From Mytilus trossulus (Eukaryota): a DNA stretch of 64,000 nt. The stretch is taken from contig NC_086386.1 of assembly GCF_036588685.1 (NCBI RefSeq), positions 9,052,001 to 9,116,000 of the forward strand, written 5' to 3'. The notes beneath the pieces were generated by a model that saw nothing but the letters and a program-made list of their open reading frames with translations, did not search any database and was not told where the DNA came from. Shown here in pieces: positions 38,885-50,830 of the stretch (the stretch's first letter is position 1; every line of letters starts with the position of its first letter). A program made the position numbers and the translations under genes.

Positions 38885-41546
38885 ATTTTGTAATTTATTT
38901 TTATTTCATCTGAAAATACACCAAGTATATACTGTGAAACATAATTATATAGTTAATTCATAATACATATATTGATATTACATTTTTCAATAACAGTCTA
39001 AAATTAAAAAGTTAGTTATGCTAATTGTTCTAAATTTTATACTCGATTATACACATCCTTTATCACTCTGGATTAGAATACCTGAAAATGCTGATAAGGT
39101 TAATGATTGAATCAGCCTTTCCCTCTAGCTACATGCATCACAGCCTACACAATGATGTTGAACATGAGAGGTACAAGGAGAGGCCACCAGAGATCATTAA
39201 TAGATAACATGTTGGACAACATGTTGGACAGAGTCACATATTAACTGTTAACCTAAGTCAAGGGGAGATAATTCAAATACAATCAAACAAACACTTGTAT
39301 ATCAATAAACATATAACAATAGCAATAAACATAGATAGTACTTTTAAGATGCACACAAATCACTGTCCAGTTGTGATGTGCATCAACATATTATTAATTC
39401 TACATAAAGCCTTAAGTAAGTACAATATAGAAAGATCTCTCCTCACATGTGAACTAAGTTTTTAATTACTTCCCATTTAGTATCAACTTTCTCTCTTACT
39501 CTAGGGGATCTGTAAAAGGAGGTAGATATTTTTTCTATTTGGTAGGAATTTTTAATCATATCTATGACACCTGTGAGAGTCGGTAATGAAGTATTAAAGA
39601 GACATGTATCGACATGTATAAATGTAATATTTAACCAGAGTAGTGAATAAGTTGAGGGAAATATCCCAAGACTCTGACCCAAGAACAATATTTTCCACAT
39701 TAAGAATTAAGTTAAATTATTTTCAACTAGAAAAAGTACTGCAATTTCTAACCACAAATTTCTAACTAGGGTACATTCCCAGAATAGGTGACTTATAGTT
39801 TCTTTAGTTTCATTACAGGAACTACATAAGTTAGTTTCTTTAGTTTCATTACAGGAACTACATAAGTTAGTTTCTTTTAACCCATATTTCTGCAATAAAG
39901 CATTAGTAGCGAGAGTTCTATGTAAAATCTTTAACTGGAACATACTAAATTTGTTGTTTTTAGTGCCTCAAAACGGTAAACTATAAATGAAATCCCAGTT
40001 TTCTATGAATGCCATTTTGACTTCTTGTTTTGTAGGACGTTCTGTATATATTGACAAGAATTTTTTATAAAAGAACTGACATGACTTTTTATTGTTTTTT
40101 TATAAATTCAAATTTATCGTTAGATATGTGCGTAATTTTCTCTGAGGTAGTGAAAAAAAATTCCAGTCTTTTGGTATCATATGCAGCAAAGAATGGTATT
40201 CCAAGAAATTAATATTAGAATTATATTTTTCGCAGAATTCTTTAAAAGTAAAACAATTACTGTTTTCATCAAGTAAATCATCTATAAAAAAAAACTCCTG
40301 ATTCAACCCACCTCTGGTAAAAGACAGTTTTATTATTAATTTTCAAACTGTTGTTTAGCCATATGGATTGTTTCATAATCCCTTCAGCAGTGCAATTAGT
40401 GACAGTGTTTATGATATTCCAGTTTAGTCAATTATCTTTCCAGAAATTATCAAAATTTGAAGAAATCTTTTGGATACCATCAGGGGTTATCAACCATATT
40501 GTGTCTGCTCCTAATCTGTTGTATTGATCTATTAACAATGTTTTCTATGGGCATATATTCAAGGAGTCTAAAAGTTTATTTATCCATGTCATCTTTAATG
40601 AATAATTAAAGGATCTTACATCTGGCATTATCAAAACCCCATTTTTAAATAACCCTATCATAAATTTTCTTTTAACCTTGTCTGGTTTTCCTGAACACAA
40701 GAACTAAACAAAATATTTTGAATTTCTTTTTAATTTATCATCAGGCGGGTTTGGCAAAACTGTCAATGATTGAATTAGAATAGGTATAGCTAGTGATTTA
40801 ATGACAGTGAGTTTTCCCATATATGTTAAATCTCTATAAACCCAGGAATTTAGCAGGCTCTGTATTTGTTTTTTATTTTTTCTTCAAATTTTACAAGTGT
40901 TTTATTTTCCCTGAACAGATTTTATTCCTAAAAGTTTAAATTTTCCTGAATGATTCCAGTTCAAATTTCTTGCAGTTGTTAGTTTATCCCTTGAGTGAAT
41001 CTTTGACCCAATCCATATGGTTTCAGTTTTATCAAAATAAGCCCTATGTCCCGCACACTCAGAAAGTTTGTCTAAAGTATATAAACATTTTTCTAAAGAT
41101 TGCTCATCCTCGTTTAATAAAAGACATGAGTCATCTGCATACTGGCTTAGTAGATACTCAGAATCATTTATTTTCAGACCATTTTTGTCTTGGTTATTTT
41201 TAAGTGCAGCACTCATAAGTTCTAAGGATAATATAAAGAGATATGGAGATAGAGGATCACCTTGTCTAACACCCCGACCAATATTAAAAAATTGAAAGCA
41301 ATGTCCAGAATTTTTAATACAGCTTTAAGATTCTGAATATAAGGTCTTGACCCATCTACAAAAAATAGGACCAAATCCTAGAAAAGACCAAGCCAAGTCT
41401 ATAAATGACCACTCAATAGTATCAAAAGCTTTCTCAAAGTCTAATAAAAGTAAAAGACCTGGTAGATTATCATCTGCCTTTTCCATAATGTCAAAAATAA
41501 GCCTGGTACATTCTCCAATATACCCTCCTTTTATGAAACCTTGCTT
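38885..41546 (-). mobile_element. 5'-truncated Tx1/L1-type LINE (decayed ORF2)
   Basis: QGFIKGGYIGECTRLIFD, LLLLDFEKAFD, GVRQGDPLSPYLF, SQYADD, zf-RVT FQLKILHR..C..C..HLFWEC; AATAAA near the 3' end at about 38895-38906. Confidence 0.85.
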
Positions 41547-41895
41547 GGCCGCGAAGTTCTTGTAGACGTTGGTTTTTTTTTGCAATATCGTTGGTGGAGC
41601 AAATCCTTTTTATACGTATGGCCTGGCTGTAGGGAATGCTCTTGGTGCAGTGTTTAGGATGACAACTCAAAGGAGATATATATTGATGTTTGTCTGTGGG
41701 CTTGCAATACAGATCTGTAAATATGTTTCCATCCCTGAATTGCGTTGTAGTGTCAAGAAATGTGATCTTAGAGTCAGAGATTTCATATGTGAATTTGAGT
41801 GAGGGAAGGGCATGATGAATGAACAAATTGAGTTCTTGTTCAGTATTGTCCCACTTCATGTCGATATCGTCGATAAATCGGAACCAAGAGAATTT
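41547..41895 (-). pseudogene. PLE RT fragment, probably the upstream part of the 37762-38880 element
   Basis: WFRFIDDIDMKW..FLDT..DLYCKPTDKHQY..SCHPKHCTKSIPYSQAIRIKRICS. Confidence 0.85.
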
Positions 41896-42593
41896 GGCCA
41901 CTTTATAAGAACTTTCCGTTTTGAATTTTCCTCCTAGTTCGGTATTTTTAAAATTTTACCTGTTTTATATAGACAGGTTATAGGATTTTCATGGAAGAAA
42001 ACACATAGGGTCAGCTGACATTTATAAACGTCTCGTTTTCAATTTTTTTACATATATATTTAAAAACAACTGTGGGTATGAAATGTACTGTAAAAACACT
42101 TCAATATATGTAGTGATTTATTTTAGGCTATGATTCTAATAAATAAATTGACAAGTGTTTTTTCAAGATTTTTTTATTCAAATAAATGGTATTATAGGGT
42201 GCACTTTGTAAAATACAGCTGTTTTACAAACCACCCATCTTTTGAGGAGATAAATATACATTCATATACTTGTGTACCAACTGGTTCCAAGGTATGTTCC
42301 TTGGAATGTTCCTTTTGATAGAATAAAAAACTTGAGAATGTAAAATGCATAAAAATACGTAAGTAGCGGCCATATTGAAAATAATGAAAGACTCAAATAA
42401 GGTGAGGTATAGTACATAATTTTAGTATAAGCTTAAACTAATATAATTTCTAGGCATACCATTGTTGAAAATATGCCGCAAAGCACTATCTCGTTACCTT
42501 TCAAAAAATAGTAGTAAATATAAGTTTTCTATTTTATCATAAATTTCTACGGCACTTCATAGTAAAAAATATAATACAGTACCATGTTTGCTG

Positions 42594-42636
42594 CACCAGA
42601 TGCGTATTTCGACAATCTGTGGCTTTTCAGTGATGC
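42594..42636 (-). ncRNA. Degenerate hammerhead related to the 46888 type
   Basis: Reverse complement gcatcaCTGAAAAgccacagattgtcGAAAtacgcATCtggtgc; stem I intact, core and stem II mutated. Confidence 0.5.
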
Positions 42637-43319
42637 AAAATATTTGAAAATCCGAAGCTTATTAAAAGAATAAAGAGCTGTAAACCAAAACAGGATATGC
42701 AATTATAGACAAATCCGGGGAAGGAATTGGAGCTTTGCATAAGGGAGATACATTCCTTAGTTTTCAATAACTTAAAAAACTTTAAACAGCAAACTTTGAT
42801 ACTAGTAACACAAAATCCGTATTTTCATGTCAGGGAGAAGTATTGGCTACTGGTAGGAAGATACCAACTGGGACAATCAAAGAGGTGCAGTTTTTGTCGT
42901 TAAAGGGGGTTCTTTGAATTGTTTATATAAACAGAAGTGAAACCTATTAGAAGTAAAGTCTTTATTGGAGAAATACATTTCATCTCTGTGTTCAATGGAA
43001 AACCACATTTTAGTTTGATAGTAGTACCATGTATAGATGTATTTATACTTTTATACATGTTGAAAAAATCAATACAACATTTTGTGTTGATCCGTGAAAT
43101 CCTTTAATTAATAAAATATACAAATCATTTTAAAATACCTTTCAATTGCAGTAAACCTAAACAGTATTTTTCAAATTGTATTCTGTTGGTTTTTTTTATA
43201 TTCAGATGTACAAATATTTTATGGAAGCATTCACCGCCTGTCAAAAACGATTCCCCATCGTGTTTGAAATGCCTTTTTGTGTACATATACTATATGAGCA
43301 CCTTACAAAGTTCATTCGT

Positions 43320-43635
43320 AGCAATACTTAACCTTCTGTTTTGACATGAATTATTATTGATATGGTCACAATTATGAATTAATTGTTTACAAAACCTGAA
43401 ATGTTTGTAATACTTAGTAGGCTTTTCTACCTCAGGAAAAGATTACCTTAGAGAAGGTAATAAAAGCTGTATTTGGCCAAACTTTTAGGAATTTTTGGCC
43501 CCTTAATGCTCTTCAACTTCGAACTGCATTTGTCCTTTTAAAAAAATTGATTAGAGCGTCCTTGATGAGTCTTTTGTGAACGAACTCGTGTCTGGCGTAA
43601 ATATAGATTTCAATCCAGGTATCTATGATAATTTA
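43320..43635 (+). repeat. Old diverged copy related to the 334-nt hammerhead repeat
   Basis: ggcttttctacctcagg..gattacctta..gagcgtccttgatgagtcttttgtgaacgaactcgtgtctggcgta. Confidence 0.6.
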
Positions 43636-45034
43636 ATTTGCTATCCACTACTTACATTTTTTATTCACGTATTTTCAACAAACAACATCAATTACAAAAA
43701 CTTTTGTTATCGTATTTGTTGGATTTGTTTAGTCAGGTTTTTTTTGTCTGTGGTGTATGTTAACACAGTTTTGGTTGCTGGATCCAAGGTATTGTCATAT
43801 TAACCTGTTATTACTGTTTGAATATATCACTCAATTCTGGGAATATAACGAAACTACAAACAACTTTCGGAAACGTGGCAGTTTACGCTAGCTATAAAAC
43901 AAGGTATAATCCCCAATTTTCGTTTATTTTACTAGTTCTGTTGGTTGATAACGTTTGGTCTCGACGATCGATATTTTATGATCTTTTCCTTTTGTTTTAA
44001 TTTACCATAGAGTTCAGTAAGTTTTATATATTTTTTGGTCACTAGACGCACGAATATAAACAACTAACATGTTGGTTTTGTTTTTCATTTTCTCAATATG
44101 TAGTTCATTTATAAGCGATGAGTTGATGTGAGTGATCTTATGAACTGATGCGTAGAAAAGATTTACAGATTATGAAAAATAGTATCAACTTAAGCTATGA
44201 CATCAAAACACTGCGGCTAATCGAGGAAATGAGATAAAGTAAACCAAGTAATCAATTAAATGAATAATTAGCCTCACAGACAAATATTGTATGTTATAAT
44301 CAATTTTTGCAAAATTAGTTACCAAGACGAAAGGCACTTGAGCCCTTTTCGATTCGTTGATAGTTGAAAAGGGAAAAAGAAAACGGGTTTTACACATTAT
44401 TATATATTGCATACTTATGAAATCATTAAAAAGAAGATGTGGTATGAGCGCCAATGAGGTAACTTTACATCCAAGTCACGAAGGTAAAAAGTAAACAACT
44501 GTATTTCAAAGTACGACCTTCTTCAACATTGAAATCTGGCTCACACTGACATCGTATGGGTCCATACATGATTGAAACACCGGGTTATCAAACCTCTTAC
44601 GACAATGGCATCGACATGTTTGTTTTAAAAACTCATTCTAGATACCAGGCTTATAGTTTATTACTTCAGACGTGTTTTTTGTTTCCATAAGACTTATCAA
44701 TGAAGCTTGAATCAACAGTGACCTGAAACTTTTGAATGTTACCCCTATTCTTTTACATATACTCCTCTAAATCTGTTTGTATTATTTAACTGTGAGGTGT
44801 TTTAGATTTTAAATTTGCTCATAATCTTGTTGTGTACGACAAGGTTACCGGGTATATTTCAGCTAAATTGCATGTCGTTTCCGATTACTACAATGAACTA
44901 TGCTTTTTATCATGCTTATTTTTATATTTTATAATTGACTATGAAAACATTTCCGTTTCTTAACACATTACATATTTTTATGTCGGACATCTGTACAACA
45001 GGTCGTTTCAATGAACGAGATTTTCTCATTCGAT

Positions 45035-45866
45035 ACAGATTAATTAACACTTTTTGTTACAATACTTTTCAGCGAAATCATCTACATACGGAATAACTTT
45101 TCTGAAAAATGAAACGTCCTACTTAGATTTAAAGGAAATGTTAACAACGCTTATAAAATATCTAAGTATAGTTACAAAATACAGAATTTTATTGAACCCT
45201 TTTTGCATAACATATTTTGTTGATCGATTTAATGTTCATGTCATCTATTTGAAGGTCATAATCCACCATAAACGAACACAGATACAAATATTTATTCATT
45301 ACCTGTCTTATGTTATTCGATCTGTATTTTTACTACAGTATCTACGATGTCTTATTATGACATTAAGTGTTTTAATTTAGAATTATTTCAATGAGAAACC
45401 CAGCTCGAAAGATTTTTTTTTTTGTATCCTTCAGATCTATTGTATTAGCAAAATAAGACATTTACATGGGCCTCTGTCTCTAACTTGTATAAATCAAATG
45501 AATTTTTTTTAAGGCAGACTTCATACAAGAGTTTTACAGATTAATTAACACTTTTTGTTACAATACTTTTCAGCGAAATCATCTACATACGGAAATACTT
45601 TTCTGAAAAATGAAACGTCCTACTTAGATTTAAAGGAAATGTTAACAACGCTTATAAAATATCTAAGTATGGTTACAAAATACAGAATTTTATTGAACCC
45701 TTTTTGCATAACATATTTTGTTGATCGATTTAATGTTCATGTCATCTATTTGAAGGTCATAATCCACCATAAACGAACACAGATACAAATATGTATTCAT
45801 TACCTGCCTTATGTTATTCGATCTGTATTTTTACTTCATTTAAGGCACACTTCATACAAGAGTTTT
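45035..45866. repeat. Recent tandem duplication (501-bp period; second unit internally deleted)
   Basis: Near-identical text starting at 45035 and 45536; this explains the twin spurious ORFs at 45054 and 45555. Confidence 0.85.
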
Positions 45867-46009
45867 CCATAGACAAAATTAAACTACTTTTTACCGTCAG
45901 CTGACTGTGTATTTAACTTCACTAAATTTGTTATTTTTTGGTAGTGATGTCAATCGTATCCATCTAATTAATCGTGGAATAAAGGATATTATAGATACAG
46001 TTTAGTGAT

Positions 46010-46300
46010 ATTTAAATATTATACATCTAGCCAGTACGATAGGGGGTTGTTAAATAAGCTAATCTTTACAACAAAACATACTGTGAACTTTACATCTGAA
46101 TATATCAACATTGTAGAAGCACCTCCATATGGACTATACATACCAGTTGAAAGCATATACCAGGGATTTGTTTGCTGCCGAGATTTTTTATTATGATGCA
46201 GAATTAATTTTACAAAGAATCTATACACATAAGAGTTCCAAATGAAAGTTATTTTGTCAAGTCGCACGTTTCACAGACGACTTCATGATTTTGTTCACCG
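46010..46300 (+). pseudogene. Highly decayed PLE RT C-terminal remnant
   Basis: VNFTSEYINIVEAPPYGLYI..DFL resembles the VNYPY..SPSYGVY segment of the 24126 RT. Confidence 0.35.
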
Positions 46301-46619
46301 TAATAAAAAAAGTTATGTAATATATGGCAACGAGCTCTTTCCTCGTTTGGAACATGAACGAATGCACATTTTCATTTTTTTTCCTGGCAACTGGATTCGC
46401 GATAGGTGAGACTACATGAGCAAAACCTTTTTTTCGATTCATCGTGTTTTATGTCCCGATGAAGTCTGTCAATTGAGAGAATAAGCATCTCTTGCAGCTA
46501 CATTCCTGTTGACTTAATCATCAACCCTTCTACTAAAGTAATTTGAATTTAACTAGTAAAATATATTTCACCGCTAGAGATGTCATACCTCAGCTTTGAT
46601 ACTTAACAAGCATATATAT

Positions 46620-47473
46620 ATTTGTAGAAGTGTCTTAAACAGCACAAACAACATTTTACAAAAAAAAAACAAAAAAGTGAAAAAGTATATTTAAACAAAA
46701 CGCATTTGACTAACAGGTCGAACAACTGATGTTCTTTAACCCTGCTGCTGACTGCCGTTGGCGATTGCCAAATAAAATTGATCACCAGATGTTATAAAAT
46801 GGATCTTAATATAAATTTAATTCTAAACAGAAAACAAACTTTTACTTGTGGCCACGATGTTATGCCACGGTGTCAATATTTTTTAGTACACCAGATCCGG
46901 ATTTCGACAATAAATGTCTCTTCAGTGATGTTAGGGATCGAAACGGTATTTGGAAGGCCATATAAAAAGTACCCTCATATTTAGGAAAAGTACCCTCATA
47001 TTTAGATCCTGACTCTTGAATTTAAAGAGTCAATATAAGATGAACGGATCCTATAAACCGGAGGGAAAATATGATACAAGCCCAAACGAAAAAATATAAA
47101 TGAGTCTTAATTGAAAACTACGTTCAAACCTGTGATTGCGTTGGATAAAAACCGCCATTTTTATACGTGTTCATGTAAAACAAATTTCGTTGTAGATGTC
47201 TAAAAACATCTAAAACAACATTTTCTAAAAGACCAAAAGAGTGAAAAGGTATATTTAAACAAAACGCATATGACTAACAGGTCGAAAAACTGATGTTCCT
47301 TAACCCTGCTGACCGCCATTGGCGATTGCCAAATAAAATTGATCACAAGATGTAACAAATTAAAATGGATCTTAATATAAATTTAATACTAAACAGCAAC
47401 AAATTTTAACTTGTCACCACGATGTTATGCCAAAAACATACGGTGTCAATATTTCTTTAGTACACCAGATCCG
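46620..47473 (-). mobile_element. Retrozyme-like repeat, about 1.5 units of a 574-nt monomer
   Basis: tacaccagatccg recurs at 46887 and 47461; about 46650-46899 is duplicated at about 47215-47473; an intact hammerhead lies at the unit junction. Confidence 0.75.
46888..46931 (-). ncRNA. Intact minimal type I hammerhead ribozyme
   Basis: Reverse complement ACATCA CTGAAGA GACA tttat TGTC GAAA TCCGG ATC TGGTGT: 6-bp stem I, full core, 4-bp stem II, palindromic stem III ATCCGGAT, AUC cleavage triplet. Confidence 0.85.
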
Positions 47474-48914
47474 TAATAATACACAAGCATGAGAGAAAAG
47501 CAAAACAGAAAGACATGAGTATAAACCCTAGACACACTTAAACATTAGGTCTTCTTTTTGAAAATCATGAGTTGGGTCACCATATTTGAAAATTTATAAG
47601 CCTATACACATATTGGAAAAAACGTTAAAAAGCAAAACCAAAAGTAAACCAAATCCCGAAAAAAGGAAGTAAAGCTATAGACGAAGGATAAATGGTATTC
47701 ATAATTTCACAACAGTTCATTTTGATAAAACAACACCCGAATACTCATGTAAGTGCATTCAACAGGACCAGATAAATGGATGTAATAGTCTCATGCATGA
47801 AGTTCAGTCCGACGACAGAGATATCGATCCAGGGGAAATAACATTAACGGTACAAACTCAATCTTCTCTTTTTCTCAAATGTGACTTACCGAATTATACT
47901 TATCAACGAGTTTATACTTACATGAGCAACATGTGAAGCATGATCAGCTTATCCTTCTAGCGCACGGTTGGGTTCATATTGCACAGTCTAAAGGAGTGTT
48001 TTTGTGTTGTTTGTTTTTCGATCGTTTTTCGTTTTTCTAGGCGTTAACAGTTGAATTAATGAGTGAATGTCCATTCAGTATCGTTCGCCTCTCTTTTATG
48101 AGTATATATGATGAGTGTATTTCATTTATAATAAGCATTATTACAAAAGTGTTTTTCCAGCATGTACAGTTATATAAGAAATTCAAAAATTGAAAGCTTT
48201 GCGTTGATAGCCGTTAAAAAGGGGGTCATTAATGAACCCAAACCCGGTTTCAACTGCCTTCTTTTCCTCTATATAATATCATGTAATGCGAATTGTAATA
48301 TAGATTAGTTATAGAAGAGTATCACTACCAGGCAATTATTGTTTTGTTTTCTTAAACTTGAATATTAAGTGATTTCTTGACTGTTGTAAACTAAATAAAT
48401 CTTAGTTTTTCTATTTCTTTTTTTTTTGTTCTCATCTACTTGTTGTTTGTGTTTTGGTGCCTCGTTATTTCGTCCCTTTTATATTTAAAAAATAAAATCA
48501 TGAAAGTTTATAAATTTACCTGTGACGTCATTCTGTTACGTTGATGCAGTCGTATGACAGAAAGTTCGTGGTTCTATTGTGCTGCTTTTGTGTGCTTTCC
48601 TATGTTGTTTTACGTGTTTGTTTTTATTCTGTGGTTAGCATGTCGAAGTCAACTGTTTATTTGCGTATTTCTCTGTCCTGAATGTTCTTGCATATATTTG
48701 TACTGTAAACCTTTCATGTAATGTTGTCATTTTATTGTTACATTTAATTATTATGTTTATTATTACGCCTTATATAACACTACAACTACTATACGTGCTT
48801 TATATGACAATTAAGACAAACGTACACGCGTTCGAACACACACGAAACTATAGAGTTAATAATAAACTAAAACATGTTTAAAAGCATACAACATCAAATC
48901 AACTATAAAAAGTT

Positions 48915-49165
48915 AAGGCTCTAAAAACGTGGTTATACATGATTTTAAGGAATTGGTTACTAGCCTGGCAACCGTGTTCTTAACCCGTTGAAGTTTGAAA
49001 AGACTCGGGGCATTCACATCATACATAAGTCGCGACGTAACAGGGAAACATACAAGAGTTTTGCAAGCGTCCTCCGTTATATATAATCGAATTCGTCCTA
49101 TGTAAAAAATCTGATGGAAACATGATTTGGTAATTGCATTGGTCTGTTCCTGCATGCTAAGGGTT
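48915..49165 (-). pseudogene. L2-like LINE ORF2 C-terminal fragment
   Basis: NAITKSCFHQIFYIGRIRLYITEDACKTLV..VTSRL..KLQRVKNTVARLV. Confidence 0.65.
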
Positions 49166-49881
49166 TGCTCGAGAGAAAACTCCGAGATTTCGAACACAGG
49201 TAGATTCATTTAGTATAGTTCCTTCAAAATTCAAACATAAAATAAACACATAATTTCACATGGTGATTATGATTATAAATCCCTTCTTATATTTGTTACA
49301 TAAAACAATAAAACTTTAATTAATGTGTTTATAGATTTCAATGGCGTACTTGTACTTTTTCCGCTATTTATAACCAGTTTATCCTCATGTGAACTTCAAC
49401 GCAACCCCTAAGCTAGAGATGGATCACACATGATTAATGCGTTATCGGTTATTTAAGAAAAGAATGCTAACATTGAAAGTGAAAAAAGGGTAAATCATTT
49501 AATGATTGACTGATTCGATCCACAAAAAAAACATTCTTATACAAGTAGAATCGAAAACAGACTTATTATTTGGCCTATAAAATGAAATCATATAGACATA
49601 GAATTATCCATTTGCACGAGGACCATGTTTATCTATTTATTTGCATCACGGTGCGCAGCTATTAATTTCAGTTCACATACACGCCATCTTGAAACAATTA
49701 CTTATCACATATAGATTCTGATTGGCTGCCTTATGATGCGGCTGAGACACAACAATAGCTATTGGTTGAAATAAGATAAAGAATTACAGACTTTTCTCGT
49801 CTACGGATAAGAATCAAATGCCGGACAATTAACTTTGTGTAATTCAGTTCCGATCAACTGTCATTAAGTCATGTTCGTTTA

Positions 49882-50290
49882 TTGATGAGTCTTATGTAGA
49901 CGAAACGCGCGTCTGGCGTACTTAATTATAATCCTGGTACCTTTGATAACCATTTACCTCACTTGGTCGATGCCACTGCTGGCGGACGTTTCGTCCCCGA
50001 GGGTATCACCAGCCAAGTAGTGTTACGAATATCAATAATGTGGTCATTTTAATCAATTTACTGTTCCAAACTTTGAATTTTTGGAAAAACTAAGGATTTT
50101 CTTATCCCAGGCATAGGTTACCTTAGCCGTATTTGGTACAACTTTTTGGAATTTTCCTCAATACTCTTCAACTTTGTACTTGTTTGGCTTTATAAATATT
50201 TTGATATGAGCGTCACTGATGACTCTTATGTAGACGAAACGCGCGTCTGGCGTACTAAATTATAATCCTGGTACCTTTGCTAACTATTAT
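49882..50290 (+). mobile_element. Retrozyme-like repeat: one 334-nt monomer bounded by two hammerheads
   Basis: TGATGAgtcttatgtagacGAAAcgcgcGTCtggcgta at 49883-49920 and gcgtcaCTGATGActcttatgtagacGAAAcgcgcGTCtggcgt at 50210-50253; GTC sites end at 49913 and 50247. Confidence 0.85.
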
Positions 50291-50577
50291 TATGTATAAA
50301 TTCCACACTAAAATTCAAATTTATTGAAATAGTAATTATTAAAACGTGTGTATTTGCTTTGTTATTCTGCAATATGCACGATTTGTTTCATATGCATAAA
50401 GCTGCGAAAATCCCGGTTCATCTGGAAGTTTTAAAATAAACCGTGATTATCTGAAGAATAATTATCCCGGTTTATTTGAATTTAATGTAAAATACGATGT
50501 TTACAAAAATGCATTACCTGTATTTTATAGCAAATCAAGATACACCTCCAGAGAGTCACATCTCCAGAGTCTTATAA

Positions 50578-50830
50578 AAAATAAGATGTGGTATTATAAT
50601 TGCCAATGAGACAACTGTCCACAAGAGACCAAAATGACACAGATATTAACAACTATAGGTCATCGTAGGGCCTTCAACAATGAGCAAAGCTAATACCGCA
50701 TAGTCAGCCATAAAAGGTGCCGGTGTAAAACAATTCAAACGAGAAAAACTAACGGTCTTATTTATATAAAAAAAATGAATGAAAAACAAATATGTAACAC
50801 AAAAACAAATCCCTCTGAATTACAGGCTCG
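50578..50830. repeat. Dispersed repeat family (agatgtggtat..gccaatgagacaact..)
   Basis: Related copies at about 9110-9290, 14510-14670, 16825-16870, 44430-44550 and, on the opposite strand, about 2660-2770. Confidence 0.6.

Noticed and set aside
45054-45872. Duplicated 108/105-aa ORFs as a gene pair
   Set aside because: TTG starts, AT-driven composition and no motifs; a by-product of the tandem duplication.
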